Virus record (IMG/VR): IMGVR_UViG_3300029319_000063
Location: 1 to 55,568 of that record
From: a virus
Taxonomy: Duplodnaviria; Caudoviricetes
Length of the DNA: 55,568 bases
Reading direction: 5' to 3' (one strand)
Part shown: positions 20,001-29,519 of the stretch, one piece after another
Numbering within the stretch: position 1 is the stretch's first letter
Layout: each line of letters starts with the position of its first letter
Notes under the pieces: model-generated
What the model saw: only the letters and a program-made list of their open reading frames with translations
Database searches by the model: none
What the model was told of the DNA's origin: nothing
Translations under genes and position numbers: made by a program

Positions 20001-20582
20001 ACATGGATGGTTGGTTATAAAATCAGTACAAACACAATCAAAAGTTTCTTCTTGTACACTACCATCACAAGTTGAATAATCAGGTTCAAAATAACAACTA
20101 CATGCAGGATCTCTATCACCATCACCTCTTTGAAATTCTTCATCTCTATAATAATCATCAAAATTATTATTTAAATTTGGTGTAGTGTTTTTAGTATCTT
20201 TTCGACAAACACCTATACAAGGACTTTTAAAATCACTTCCACATTCATGTGTATTTTTTAATCTTTCATTTTTTCTATTATTATTATCGTATTCACACCT
20301 ATAACCGATATCACAAATCTTATAAACACCATCACAATCTACTTTTAAATCTTTAATATCTTCACATACACAATTTCCATTACCTTCATCATAACAAACT
20401 GGTTCAAATCCTTCATGACAATTATTTAGTACAGGAAAAAAATTATATTGTTCTACCCCAAAAAATTCTATATCTGAAACAGAGTTAAGATACCTATCTT
20501 CGACAGTCCACAATCTACAGAAACAATCTCCTGTATTATATTTTTTCTTTACTTTTTTATTTTTTTCCATTAATGTTCTCAT
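17010..20582 (-). CDS. Cys-rich repeat protein with C-terminal dockerin and basic tail, putative virion decoration/adhesin
   Basis: Four GC[TM][DN]xxAxNY repeats, Y..DxDGDGxG motifs, DxCGVC motifs, dockerin loops GDINQDGVINVLD and GDINQDGNVDILD (~17305-17645). Start may be 20570. Confidence 0.72.
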   Translation of the reverse strand: MRTLMEKNKKVKKKYNTGDCFCRLWTVEDRYLNSVSDIEFFGVEQYNFFPVLNNCHEGFEPVCYDEGNGNCVCEDIKDLKVDCDGVYKICDIGYRCEYDNNNRKNERLKNTHECGSDFKSPCIGVCRKDTKNTTPNLNNNFDDYYRDEEFQRGDGDRDPACSCYFEPDYSTCDGSVQEETFDCVCTDFITNHPCHPSHPEFFEFDGNWCGQYDNDYDGCVGENGPPCTIENYHPPGECIPGPNPNDGICPEDTICVTNDLGLGGGGCYNPGDSNMCPEEQYPFGCNGQCKYIGNGGYYDVPGCMDPQAANYNPNAFWHDDSCSYVFLGCTDPTACNYDSQATDDNGACYYGLLYYLDTDGDGFGCPDLVVQACNNPDPNLYVLNGDGDCDDCPLNYDQCGVCGGDGWSCTGCTDESACNYDPDATFTCTTEDGVENWCCTYLGDPGAECSCDGSVELLGYFPDPDGDGIGCCFINGVFQGTFFCEDPGPGWIFQTCGEEDAYCDCPAGTHDIDDCGVCYPIDQPAPNECIGCTNPFAINYGIQKTIDDGSCTYDWSDTIYMKMFYWSDDGFCAPPRGICTYEVIETTFRDPTLPPDEPTPDYADPFDTPPSGDSLVDDTEEIEDVVTTVYTIEATEWECANLEELGIENYAGSFWEYDETLEQPLCDEENPYYTLIYLYPDGNFGTALTKAGRLCPGSWSWNQAHSAITLGYRSGTYLEIGNPVSQESISMNDLVDGFHGVRYRYQNVVGSETGELIPGKFYVRKWDFHPFLKGAPDGCFTDRVWSIDMQISSDPDDDTSSSYKTLPVFRSNRKWHSMNGNARGEYTITPSELRIHYNNATNNTCCFPDNAVYKEDSPLIGGGMLCESYDDNLEPHKFPGCRSVIRSMNYSVGGGTGGYRFYTNSQIKPGSSRANPNLTFLRKREKIYDIGSQLRDVTFGHCDGANTNMWFYGTEADYNDDALIPQRECIGLPFQNEIIGDINQDGVINVLDVISLTQYILNNQAFPNELGLCYLYCPEELESFCEDNDYDFVTWSIDNPLLPFPTTSQQCAAFEDDGMSGFQHQWYSYGDINQDGNVDILDIIELVNMILNDEQTTNLFMEVIEEGQPASKEDMEDSFNMNTDSYNRIKNTKQELTTLFKKLEMRLKQNKKRTRKKRVKGKLINKILNSQDDERNKLIQLILKIQNHEK

Positions 20583-21075
20583 ATAAAGACATTACTAAAC
20601 CATCGTACATATCGATGTTCCTTTTATCCCATAATCCTGTTTTTGTTTCTTTACACCATTTTGATGTGTTGTACATTTCTTCAATTTTCATTTTGACTAA
20701 ATCTTTAGCCTTTATTCCTTTGACTCTAGCTTTCCCAAACACTTGTTTTCTAGCAGTCATTGGATTTATACTATGTACATTGAAATCAAAATTTTCTAAC
20801 ATAAAACACAATATCGCATTAAATTTTGCTAATTTAATTATTGTTTGTTGTGATGTTCTTCCACCCATAAATCCTGAAAGATTATCTTCAATATTAATAT
20901 CCATTACTTCATCAATATAATCGTGTTGATTTAATGTATCAAGTACTTTCTGAACCTTATCTTTGGGTGTTTTCTCTTTTTTGATGTCGATGAATCCCAT
21001 ATCGATAATTTTTTTATCTTCTGTGAATGCGTATCCAACACAAGTTGTAGATGCATCTAATCCTAATGAAACCAT
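20557..21075 (-). CDS. ruvC: RuvC-like Holliday junction resolvase
   Basis: LGLDASTTCVG, INIED, P.TARK, D.YDGL. SD AGGAG upstream. Confidence 0.82.
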   Translation of the reverse strand: MVSLGLDASTTCVGYAFTEDKKIIDMGFIDIKKEKTPKDKVQKVLDTLNQHDYIDEVMDINIEDNLSGFMGGRTSQQTIIKLAKFNAILCFMLENFDFNVHSINPMTARKQVFGKARVKGIKAKDLVKMKIEEMYNTSKWCKETKTGLWDKRNIDMYDGLVMSLYENINGKK

Positions 21076-21084
21076 ATTTTTCTC

Positions 21085-22026
21085 CTAAAAATCTATACTA
21101 ACATCAAAAACTAAATTAACATCATCTCTTTTCTCAATAGGTTGACTTAATCTTGCTGTTATTATTAAATCATTATTTTCATCATACAAACCTATAGAGT
21201 TAATATAAGGTCTCCAATCAGTGCTACCAGATATATTATCATTTAATAGTGAAGAATTTGAAAGTTTAAATGGTGGTTGAGGTCCATAATCTGTCGAAGT
21301 AACAGCACTTGTAATTGAAGGGTCACTTTTCTTTATAGTTGGATTATTTGTCATATTAAATTCGTTAGCATTTAATTTTAAAGTGTAAGTTCTTGTATAT
21401 ATATTTTTTACAGATTCAAAATTCATAGTAAAAGATTGAAGAGCTTCATTGTATTTAACACTACCAGACCAAGAACCTGTTGTTGTTAAAGCTACTATTC
21501 CTTCTCTATAAAATATGTTTCCAACATAATTTTCTGATGATGAAGCGTTATTTGCACTTTGTGATATTCTAGCGTTGGTTGAATATAAATTACCATAACC
21601 ATCATCTTTTATAATAATGTTTTTATTTTCTTGTGTGTTATCAGTTAATTTAAAAGTTGTTCTTCGTACACCATCACCCAAATATAGTTGTGGTATATGT
21701 GTAAAAACACCTACTTTTTCACCATGAAATTTATGTCTAAAAGTTGGATGTCTATAAATGTTTTCCTGTGAATTAACTGGAGAATTTAATCTATTAGAAC
21801 CAGTTTGATAAAAATTAGCTTTTAAAAAAAAGTAATTATTAGATTGAGTTATCTGAGTAGATGTTTGAGTAATTGGGTGGTTAAAATATCCTGAATGGGA
21901 TTGAAATTGATTTTTAACTTCAACCCCATCAGAAACTAATTTACTTGATGTTATAGTATGACTATGATAAACTTCTTCAGTTCTAAAACTTATATCAGAG
22001 GGATTAATTGATTTATAAATAGACAT
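21085..22026 (-). CDS. Virion structural protein (tail/baseplate), paralogue of 22043-23110
   Basis: DDGYGNLY, VGNIFY.EG, NEFNMTNNPT, PYINSIGLYDENNDLI..ARLSQPI. Confidence 0.65.
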   Translation of the reverse strand: MSIYKSINPSDISFRTEEVYHSHTITSSKLVSDGVEVKNQFQSHSGYFNHPITQTSTQITQSNNYFFLKANFYQTGSNRLNSPVNSQENIYRHPTFRHKFHGEKVGVFTHIPQLYLGDGVRRTTFKLTDNTQENKNIIIKDDGYGNLYSTNARISQSANNASSSENYVGNIFYREGIVALTTTGSWSGSVKYNEALQSFTMNFESVKNIYTRTYTLKLNANEFNMTNNPTIKKSDPSITSAVTSTDYGPQPPFKLSNSSLLNDNISGSTDWRPYINSIGLYDENNDLIITARLSQPIEKRDDVNLVFDVSIDF

Positions 22027-22042
22027 ATCATGACTTTACAAC

Positions 22043-23110
22043 TTAGTATGTCATATTCACTTTAATCACTGCTTCGTTTGAAAAGTTTTTCTCGACCGGT
22101 GAACTTAACTTAGCCACTGCTATTAAATCTTGTGAGTTATCATACAAACCAACCTCTGTAATAAATGTTGTTGGATTAGTTACATAACTCGGATTTGTAA
22201 ACACATTATTACTACCACTAGTAAAAGTTGGGTTGTTTGTATAATTAAACTCATCAGCTCTAGCTCTACAGAAATAAGCGTTAGTAGTTACTTCTTCTTC
22301 ACTTCTGAATTGATGTGTAATATTTGTTGCTCTACCATTAGCGTCACCTGCTGTAGACATACAATCCATAAGTTTTAATATGTTGTTAACACCTGGTGCT
22401 GCAGCGTTTGTAGATCTATTTAAAGTACCAAATCCATCTTTAAGTGCTGTTGAAGCACCTGAACCTGTACCTGGTAAACTTGAAGAAAGTTGATTACCAT
22501 CTAGTGCTAAAACACCAACATTGGGGAAGAAATGTCCAAATACTGTAGATACAGAATTGTTACCTTTGTTACCAGCCGAACCACTAATAATATTAAATCT
22601 TGGTCCTACAGGTGTGGAAACTTCTGTTTCGTATGCTGAATTATCTGTTAAATGAAGTGTGATACCAGCGTCACCTGCAGTATTTGAACCTGTCAATTGT
22701 AATGTCCAATTCTTTTTATTTAACCTATCCTTCATCTGTAATCTTTCAGCAGTTACAAAGAAAACATCATTAACTCTATTTGAAACAATCGCTGAACCAG
22801 AAAATACAAAGCCAATTTCTTCTTGTTGATCTGGATCTAGGAGATAATTTCCAAATTGTCTGTAAACGGCTTTGGTTTGACCAACTGTATCAGTTGAACC
22901 AGAACCATGAAAGTTTCCATAAGCTATACTTAAATGGTCTTTAGAGTTATATTGTAAATTTACATAATATTCACTTTGTCCTGTTGATAGAGAAGCAGAA
23001 GATAAACTTCCACCACCTAGTTGCCCTAATCCACCATCAAAAAAACCAAATGTGGTAATAAAGGTTTCTGTAGTTTCATCGTTATTTAAATCAAATTCTT
23101 TTAGAATCAT
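22043..23110 (-). CDS. Virion structural protein with tail-collar-like C-terminus
   Basis: EFNYTNNPTF and FITEVGLYDNSQDLIAVAKLSSPV. SD AGGAG upstream. Confidence 0.65.
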   Translation of the reverse strand: MILKEFDLNNDETTETFITTFGFFDGGLGQLGGGSLSSASLSTGQSEYYVNLQYNSKDHLSIAYGNFHGSGSTDTVGQTKAVYRQFGNYLLDPDQQEEIGFVFSGSAIVSNRVNDVFFVTAERLQMKDRLNKKNWTLQLTGSNTAGDAGITLHLTDNSAYETEVSTPVGPRFNIISGSAGNKGNNSVSTVFGHFFPNVGVLALDGNQLSSSLPGTGSGASTALKDGFGTLNRSTNAAAPGVNNILKLMDCMSTAGDANGRATNITHQFRSEEEVTTNAYFCRARADEFNYTNNPTFTSGSNNVFTNPSYVTNPTTFITEVGLYDNSQDLIAVAKLSSPVEKNFSNEAVIKVNMTY

Positions 23111-23141
23111 CGTATTGTTCTCCTAGTTTCCTATTTTAATT

Positions 23142-23789
23142 CTATAAGGTGCCTATTACTTTTATAGAACCAAAAGCTATTTGGTCTGTTTTATGACCTC
23201 TTACTGAGTAAGTGACTGTAATATCATTCTGAATAGCTCTGGCCTTTACTTTCAATCCTTTATCTTTATCAACATTATCAAATTGAAAAACTGTTGTATA
23301 TTGTGAATCAGGTAATAATAATCCACCAGCATGATGTTGTATATGTGCTGATCTATCTTTTGTTGGCTGTCGTTCAAAAATAAATGGTCCAGCGTTATAA
23401 ATTGTTATAGAATAATTTTCACCAGCTTGGTCAAATTTATTTGTTTTTGGTCTAATGAAAATAGCTGCTTGTTCTGTTGTATCAGTTATAGTAAAATCTT
23501 CTGTTACAATATTCGGAATAAAAACAGTGTTTCTTGGCATAGTTGTTAATGTATATCTCATAGAAACCAAATTGCTGGCATTAGCTTCAAGTTGTGGTAA
23601 TCGTGTAATAGCTTCACCATATGAATTTGAACCACTTGGATGGTCTGCATTATACAAGTTGTAATCTATACCAGTATCACCGAATGTATAAAATCTTATT
23701 CCTAATTGTCCGTTTTCAGCTAACTTTCTTCTTCCGATATCTGTTAATAGTGCGTCAACTGTAATTGTTGAACCATCTAAATATCCCAT
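23142..23789 (-). CDS. Conserved virion structural protein
   Basis: MGYLD...VDALLTDIGRRKLA...FGD..IDY.LY. Lies downstream of the candidate late promoter; SD AGGAG. Confidence 0.6.
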   Translation of the reverse strand: MGYLDGSTITVDALLTDIGRRKLAENGQLGIRFYTFGDTGIDYNLYNADHPSGSNSYGEAITRLPQLEANASNLVSMRYTLTTMPRNTVFIPNIVTEDFTITDTTEQAAIFIRPKTNKFDQAGENYSITIYNAGPFIFERQPTKDRSAHIQHHAGGLLLPDSQYTTVFQFDNVDKDKGLKVKARAIQNDITVTYSVRGHKTDQIAFGSIKVIGTL

Positions 23790-23858
23790 TATATTCTCCT
23801 AAATTTGCAATTTTTTTTTTGTTTACTGCTCGTAAAAATATTACTATTAATTCTTTAT

Positions 23859-23872
23859 TCATTAATAAATAT
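23859..23872 (-). promoter_or_regulatory. Candidate late promoter ATATTTATTAATGA
   Basis: 12/14 match to the ATATTTATATATGA motif, intergenic. Confidence 0.62.
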
Positions 23873-23915
23873 AAACATATTTAAAAAATGCAGTTATTTT
23901 TATTTTTTCATTTTT

Positions 23916-26900
23916 TTATTTTTTAGTAATTGTTAATGTTTTTGATGTATTTGAACCACCAACTTCTACTGAATAAGCTTGAGATTCTGGTAAAACATCA
24001 TATTGAGCATTTTTATTATTTGGTAATTTAAAATTCGGAATCCTTGATGATGAAAATTCATTACCACTACTATCTAACTCTATTTGTGTTATAGAAAATT
24101 TATTATCATATAAAAATCTCAATTGATTATCTCTTAAACTTGGAAAATTACTATAATGATTTGTAGGGTATTCTAAAACTCCATTATTATCTCTATAGTA
24201 ATTAGTTCTTCCTACAGGTCTTCCAGGTTCAGTTGAATCTGAATTATTATATAAAGTTTTGTAATTATATTCTTTATCAGCATTTGTCACATTTCTAATT
24301 TGATTTCTAAAGAAATATTTTTTATCAGAGTAATCTGTAATATTTTGGTATCCCAATTCAGCGTTAACAGATTGTGATACATGTTCAATATCACCAATCA
24401 ATTCAAATATAACTCTATCTTCGTATCTATAAATATTATTATATGTGTCACTTATTTTATGACTACTTCCACCAATAAACCATAATGGGTCATAAAAATG
24501 TAAATCGTTTACACCTCTACCCCACATATCTGTTATTTTTGATAAACCATTTTTATAAGCCATTCCACTTTTAAACACACCACCATTTATATTATAATTT
24601 GCTCTACCCAAAGATACATTATCTCCAAACTGATTAGTATCATAATTATTAGCAGACATACTAACAGTATTATCTATATAATCAATATTAAAGTTATAAT
24701 GATTTTCATTATAAGCACCACTTTCACTTAATTCAAGTAAATTGTCAATTTCAATTGTTAAATAATTTTCATTAAATATACCAGAACTAGAATATGATAA
24801 CTCTGTATAAGGAAGATTTTTTTCATAAAAGTTTTCATTATGTGTTCCTGAGTGTGATACATTATTTAAAGATATGGTATCAATATAACTAGGTTTATAT
24901 TTTGCAGATTGTGATAGTTGTGGTGTATTAATCATATCAATATTTACAATATGTGAGGGTGTATATAAAGCACTCTGACTTAATATATTATTATTTGACA
25001 AATCGTAAGTATAATAATTTTGGTTGTAAACCGCACTTTCACTTAATATTGTATTGTTTGAAAGTGTGGCATTGTATTGATTATTATTATATACAGATGA
25101 TATGGTAAACTGCATAGATTGGCTCATAACATCATTACTACCATAATTTTTATTTAAAAGTCCACTCCAGGTTAAAACATCAGTATCATCTATAATAGCT
25201 TTATGTATATCAATAATTTCAGAATCTTTAAGTGAAGAACTATCAAACATACTTATATATCCGTTACGATTAGGGTCTAAATATGATTGATTAAATGATA
25301 TATCGTCTATCACTTTAAATACATCAGCGTTATAAGTTTCTAAATACTTAGATGATGATAAACTAAATAGTAGTTCATTATAATCATCAAAAGAATGATG
25401 TGGATGTTTTAACAAACCATCGTATGAAGGTTGATTTTCTACAGTATGTTTTTTGTGTTCATATTTTACCCTATCTAAAATATCAGGTGTTATTCTTATA
25501 CCTGATTGGTAATCTACTCTTGCTGGAAATATCTGTGGTAATAAATTAGATATTAGTGGATTAAATATACCACTATCAACATGAGTTCTTATATATTTAT
25601 TTATATCAACGATTACACCCCTTAATAAATTTTTTCTAATTGAATCTAATTCTTGATAGTTTGGTTCAAATAAATCTGACCACTTCGAATAGTATTTTGA
25701 CATATCTTTACCAGATACACTATTTAATATATAATCATTAATTTTATCTGATGGTGATTTATACAATTCGATTCTTTTTGAATTTTGTTTTTCATTAAAT
25801 CCATAAGAGGTAATAGAACTTTCTTGTTTTGGATGTAAATCACGAATCATTTCTTGTTTACTTCCCACAGTTATCATTCTATTATTTTTTTGTAAAGCTG
25901 GTGCATTTTTTGTTCCAAACTTAGATATGTTTACAAATTTTCGTTGTGAAATTTGTCCTAAACTACTTGATACTATTATAGTTTTAGTAAAATTTGTTGG
26001 TGTACTTTTTAATCCGTATGGATTAGCATCGTTTATAGTTAATGTCGTAGACCCAGATACTATTTGTTCATTTAATCTAAATCTATAATATAAATTATTA
26101 TGTGAATCTAATATTTCATTTCCAACTACAGACATTGGATTTAATACATGTTCTCTAAATATAGATTGACTTAATGAACCACTCCATACTCTTACTTCTG
26201 CAAAAGAGCCTGTAAAATCTCTACCTAAAAGTAAATTACCAGTTGTACGAGTAGCGTTTGAAGAACTCCAATTAGCTAATTGAGTAACATTATTTACAGT
26301 TGAGGATGTTGTTTCAAAGAAAGAAAATCCATCACCATCAACTGATTTTTTTCCTACAGTTAAACTAAGTGATGCAGAATATTCACCAGTTGGTGATGTT
26401 AAATCTTTTTTCTGTAACATCACATTTATAAAATTTGAACCATCTTTTATTGGTAATTCTTTTGTTTGAACTACATGTGTTATTCCAGCTGCTGATGGTG
26501 TAGCTGATGTATTCATTCTTAATTGTATAGACCCATAATCATTTGTAGAACCTGGTAATAATCTCACATCCCAAAAACTTGAAGTTAAACTACTTCCCCC
26601 AAAATGACTTGATATCAACTCTTGTGTATTAGTAGTTGGTTTAGATAAAAACATAAATTCTATCGTATCATCTGGTCCAACACCACCAACATTTGCAGAA
26701 CTACCCCAATCTAAAGGTATTACATTACTACCCTCAAGATTAAAAAATCCAAATGGAACCGTTTGTCTTTGATATGAATGATTTCCAACAAATCCATCTA
26801 AATTATTAGGTGTATTACTATTACCAAAAAGCTTCATAGAATGTTCCATAGCTGATTGATAATTAACACCACCATACTCATTTACATTTAATACTTCAGA

Positions 26901-29516
26901 TGGATATCCTAAACAATTTAACAAAGCATTTAAACTATTTTTAGTACCTTTTGATTTGTATATGTAGATTAAATTATTTAAAGTTCTTCGCCATAAATTA
27001 TCTGTAATTGTTTTATTAGAAGCTGCAGAACCTGAAAACTGATTATAATAATTAGATAAACTTCCACTAAATGGATTTATTAATTCCCAACCCAAGTTAT
27101 CAGCTAAAATAGGTAGTAAATTTTCAGGTGTAGAAAAATTATCACTGTAACTTCTTTTATAAAAATTACTATAATTATCAATATAATTTCGTATTAAGTC
27201 AAATTGTTCTCCCCACATATTTACAAATGTGTGTAAATTTTCATAATCAGTATCTTCTATAAGTTTAGTTGGTAGATTATTTTTTAATGAGTGTATATTT
27301 TTTTCATCATAAGTTGTAGCTAACGAATACAAGTTATTATACCAATTTTGCCACTCCGTAGAACCTGTTGAATAAACTTCACCAAAAGGTAAAGCTTTAT
27401 CTGGATTTTTTAGAGTAATTTTTATATCTGTTATAAAAGATGATGTTATCGCAGTGGCACCTGAGGTATTTTTCAAGTTTAAATTAAAATACTCACCAAT
27501 TGGTAGAATAGAGCCTGTAAATGGATGACCACTACCAGTCAAAAATGTTCCAAATTCATTATAATTATCATCCAATAATATAGGATAACCTGTACCCGTA
27601 GAACCAGATATTGACGCTGAGAAAACTTTTTCTGTACTACTTAATACTTCCCAATAATCTGAATTTCCAAAATTATCATAAACCGCATCAATACTGCCTT
27701 GATTATCGGCATTCATAGCTGAACCAGATGGTCTCCAATATGATTGTGAAGCTTCAAATATGAATCTACGCCATTCACTTCCTGTAAGTTGTTGTTCTAA
27801 TATTCTATTCCGATACAAACAATCATCTGGTGATTTTATATCTCTAGAATTTGCTATTAAACCTCCATTTGTGTTGCTCCATTTAAATGGTTCAGATAAA
27901 CTATTACCAGCTACTTCATCACCTTTCATAAGAAAGGATAAATATACAGAACCACTATAATTATAAAAAGGTGGATCTTGTGTAAAATATTTATCTTCAA
28001 AAACTTTTGTTTTAAATCCCAAACTCGGATTTTGTAACTTATGTACTAATCTAAAACCATCATAATTATTAAGTTCAGATGCATCTGCCATGTTGACAGG
28101 TACTTGATGTGCTAAATTTGAACCTATGTTAGGTGCAGAATATGAGCCTGAATCATCACCATAATATAAAAATTTTTCATATGGTGTAAATGTTTGTTTA
28201 GTTATCAATATTTTACCGAATAAATCTTCTCTTCTTTTTCTTATATGACTTCCAGTTTGATGTAAAGATTCTGATAATTCATTTAAATAATTTTCTATTT
28301 TAACAACTTTATCTTTAAAATTAGAAACTTTTGATTTTGCTGAACCAAATAATACATGATTATTAAAATCAGAAAAATCTATTTTTAAATTTTTATAATC
28401 ATTGTTATTTTCTAATTGTATAAAATCTATATCGGTATTATTAATTGAAGCTGTAGCTAAAAGTTGGTTATAATTCTGATAATTGTCATCATGGTAATTA
28501 TCAGTTCCACTCCATGCGTCTAAATCAGGAGTTAAACTATTACCAATAACTGTTCGTTTTACATTACTAACATAATATATATTTTCTTGATGAGTTGGTA
28601 AAACTTCTTTTTGAATATTGACATCACTTAAAGTTGTTATATTAGTTGGTACAGGATCATTTAATCTTATCACTATTGTAGTTTCATCTAAAGATTCCGA
28701 ATCAAAAGTCCAATTAACTATTGGTAGGTGAACTGATTTTTCAAAAGTTACGAGATAATCAAATTCATAATAACCATATTGGACTGCAAGTGAATCATTT
28801 AAACTTCCCAATCCACCAACTAACCCATAATTTCTATCCGAAAAGTTTTTTACAAATATTTCATCATCAAAATTTATAATATCATTATTAGCATTTCTGG
28901 CTATTAACCTTATTTCTTTTCTTGAGGGTGATATCTCTTTTATATAAAATTTAGCTCCTTGATAACCCTCTATAGATTGATATGAAGCTTCTGTCCATTG
29001 ATAACCAGTCCAAACATTTGGTTGTTCTCCTTGACATAAAGCTCCATCATCTCCACAACATTCAATTTCAGTTATAAAATCGGTAACACCTTCATCACCA
29101 AAATAATCACATTCACCAAAAGATGAACACTCCTCTTCTGAAGCGATAGTTTCATTTTCATCACCTATTGGACTATTACAACCACCCTCAATTAAGTTAT
29201 AAAAATTACTAAAAATATCTCTTAAAAAATCAAATTGTACAGTGTAATTATCTTCAACTACATAATTTTCATCTAATATCTCATTAATTTTAACATATAT
29301 ATTGTTTGCGGCATCTCTATATATTTGAAATCCAGGATTTCCATTTGAATTAAAAGAATCGACATAACCAGTAGAATCTGTTGAATTGGAATTATAAAGA
29401 GTTAATTTTATAAAATCACCACTTGATTCAGAAAATACGTAAGATACTGTATCTCCAGTACCTGATGTAATTAAATCTAATTGTATATCGTTAAAATTTT
29501 CTATTATTGTTGCCAT
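23916..29516 (-). CDS. Large baseplate wedge/tail protein with LamG-like domain and C-terminal repeats
   Basis: IKEISPSRKEIRL; LIYIYKSKGT..SL.ALL.CLG (wedge/P2 gpI-like motif); LamG-like FTGSFAEVRVW; ~22-aa repeats at ~24690-25130. Confidence 0.68.
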   Translation of the reverse strand: MATIIENFNDIQLDLITSGTGDTVSYVFSESSGDFIKLTLYNSNSTDSTGYVDSFNSNGNPGFQIYRDAANNIYVKINEILDENYVVEDNYTVQFDFLRDIFSNFYNLIEGGCNSPIGDENETIASEEECSSFGECDYFGDEGVTDFITEIECCGDDGALCQGEQPNVWTGYQWTEASYQSIEGYQGAKFYIKEISPSRKEIRLIARNANNDIINFDDEIFVKNFSDRNYGLVGGLGSLNDSLAVQYGYYEFDYLVTFEKSVHLPIVNWTFDSESLDETTIVIRLNDPVPTNITTLSDVNIQKEVLPTHQENIYYVSNVKRTVIGNSLTPDLDAWSGTDNYHDDNYQNYNQLLATASINNTDIDFIQLENNNDYKNLKIDFSDFNNHVLFGSAKSKVSNFKDKVVKIENYLNELSESLHQTGSHIRKRREDLFGKILITKQTFTPYEKFLYYGDDSGSYSAPNIGSNLAHQVPVNMADASELNNYDGFRLVHKLQNPSLGFKTKVFEDKYFTQDPPFYNYSGSVYLSFLMKGDEVAGNSLSEPFKWSNTNGGLIANSRDIKSPDDCLYRNRILEQQLTGSEWRRFIFEASQSYWRPSGSAMNADNQGSIDAVYDNFGNSDYWEVLSSTEKVFSASISGSTGTGYPILLDDNYNEFGTFLTGSGHPFTGSILPIGEYFNLNLKNTSGATAITSSFITDIKITLKNPDKALPFGEVYSTGSTEWQNWYNNLYSLATTYDEKNIHSLKNNLPTKLIEDTDYENLHTFVNMWGEQFDLIRNYIDNYSNFYKRSYSDNFSTPENLLPILADNLGWELINPFSGSLSNYYNQFSGSAASNKTITDNLWRRTLNNLIYIYKSKGTKNSLNALLNCLGYPSEVLNVNEYGGVNYQSAMEHSMKLFGNSNTPNNLDGFVGNHSYQRQTVPFGFFNLEGSNVIPLDWGSSANVGGVGPDDTIEFMFLSKPTTNTQELISSHFGGSSLTSSFWDVRLLPGSTNDYGSIQLRMNTSATPSAAGITHVVQTKELPIKDGSNFINVMLQKKDLTSPTGEYSASLSLTVGKKSVDGDGFSFFETTSSTVNNVTQLANWSSSNATRTTGNLLLGRDFTGSFAEVRVWSGSLSQSIFREHVLNPMSVVGNEILDSHNNLYYRFRLNEQIVSGSTTLTINDANPYGLKSTPTNFTKTIIVSSSLGQISQRKFVNISKFGTKNAPALQKNNRMITVGSKQEMIRDLHPKQESSITSYGFNEKQNSKRIELYKSPSDKINDYILNSVSGKDMSKYYSKWSDLFEPNYQELDSIRKNLLRGVIVDINKYIRTHVDSGIFNPLISNLLPQIFPARVDYQSGIRITPDILDRVKYEHKKHTVENQPSYDGLLKHPHHSFDDYNELLFSLSSSKYLETYNADVFKVIDDISFNQSYLDPNRNGYISMFDSSSLKDSEIIDIHKAIIDDTDVLTWSGLLNKNYGSNDVMSQSMQFTISSVYNNNQYNATLSNNTILSESAVYNQNYYTYDLSNNNILSQSALYTPSHIVNIDMINTPQLSQSAKYKPSYIDTISLNNVSHSGTHNENFYEKNLPYTELSYSSSGIFNENYLTIEIDNLLELSESGAYNENHYNFNIDYIDNTVSMSANNYDTNQFGDNVSLGRANYNINGGVFKSGMAYKNGLSKITDMWGRGVNDLHFYDPLWFIGGSSHKISDTYNNIYRYEDRVIFELIGDIEHVSQSVNAELGYQNITDYSDKKYFFRNQIRNVTNADKEYNYKTLYNNSDSTEPGRPVGRTNYYRDNNGVLEYPTNHYSNFPSLRDNQLRFLYDNKFSITQIELDSSGNEFSSSRIPNFKLPNNKNAQYDVLPESQAYSVEVGGSNTSKTLTITKK

Positions 29517-29519
29517 AGA

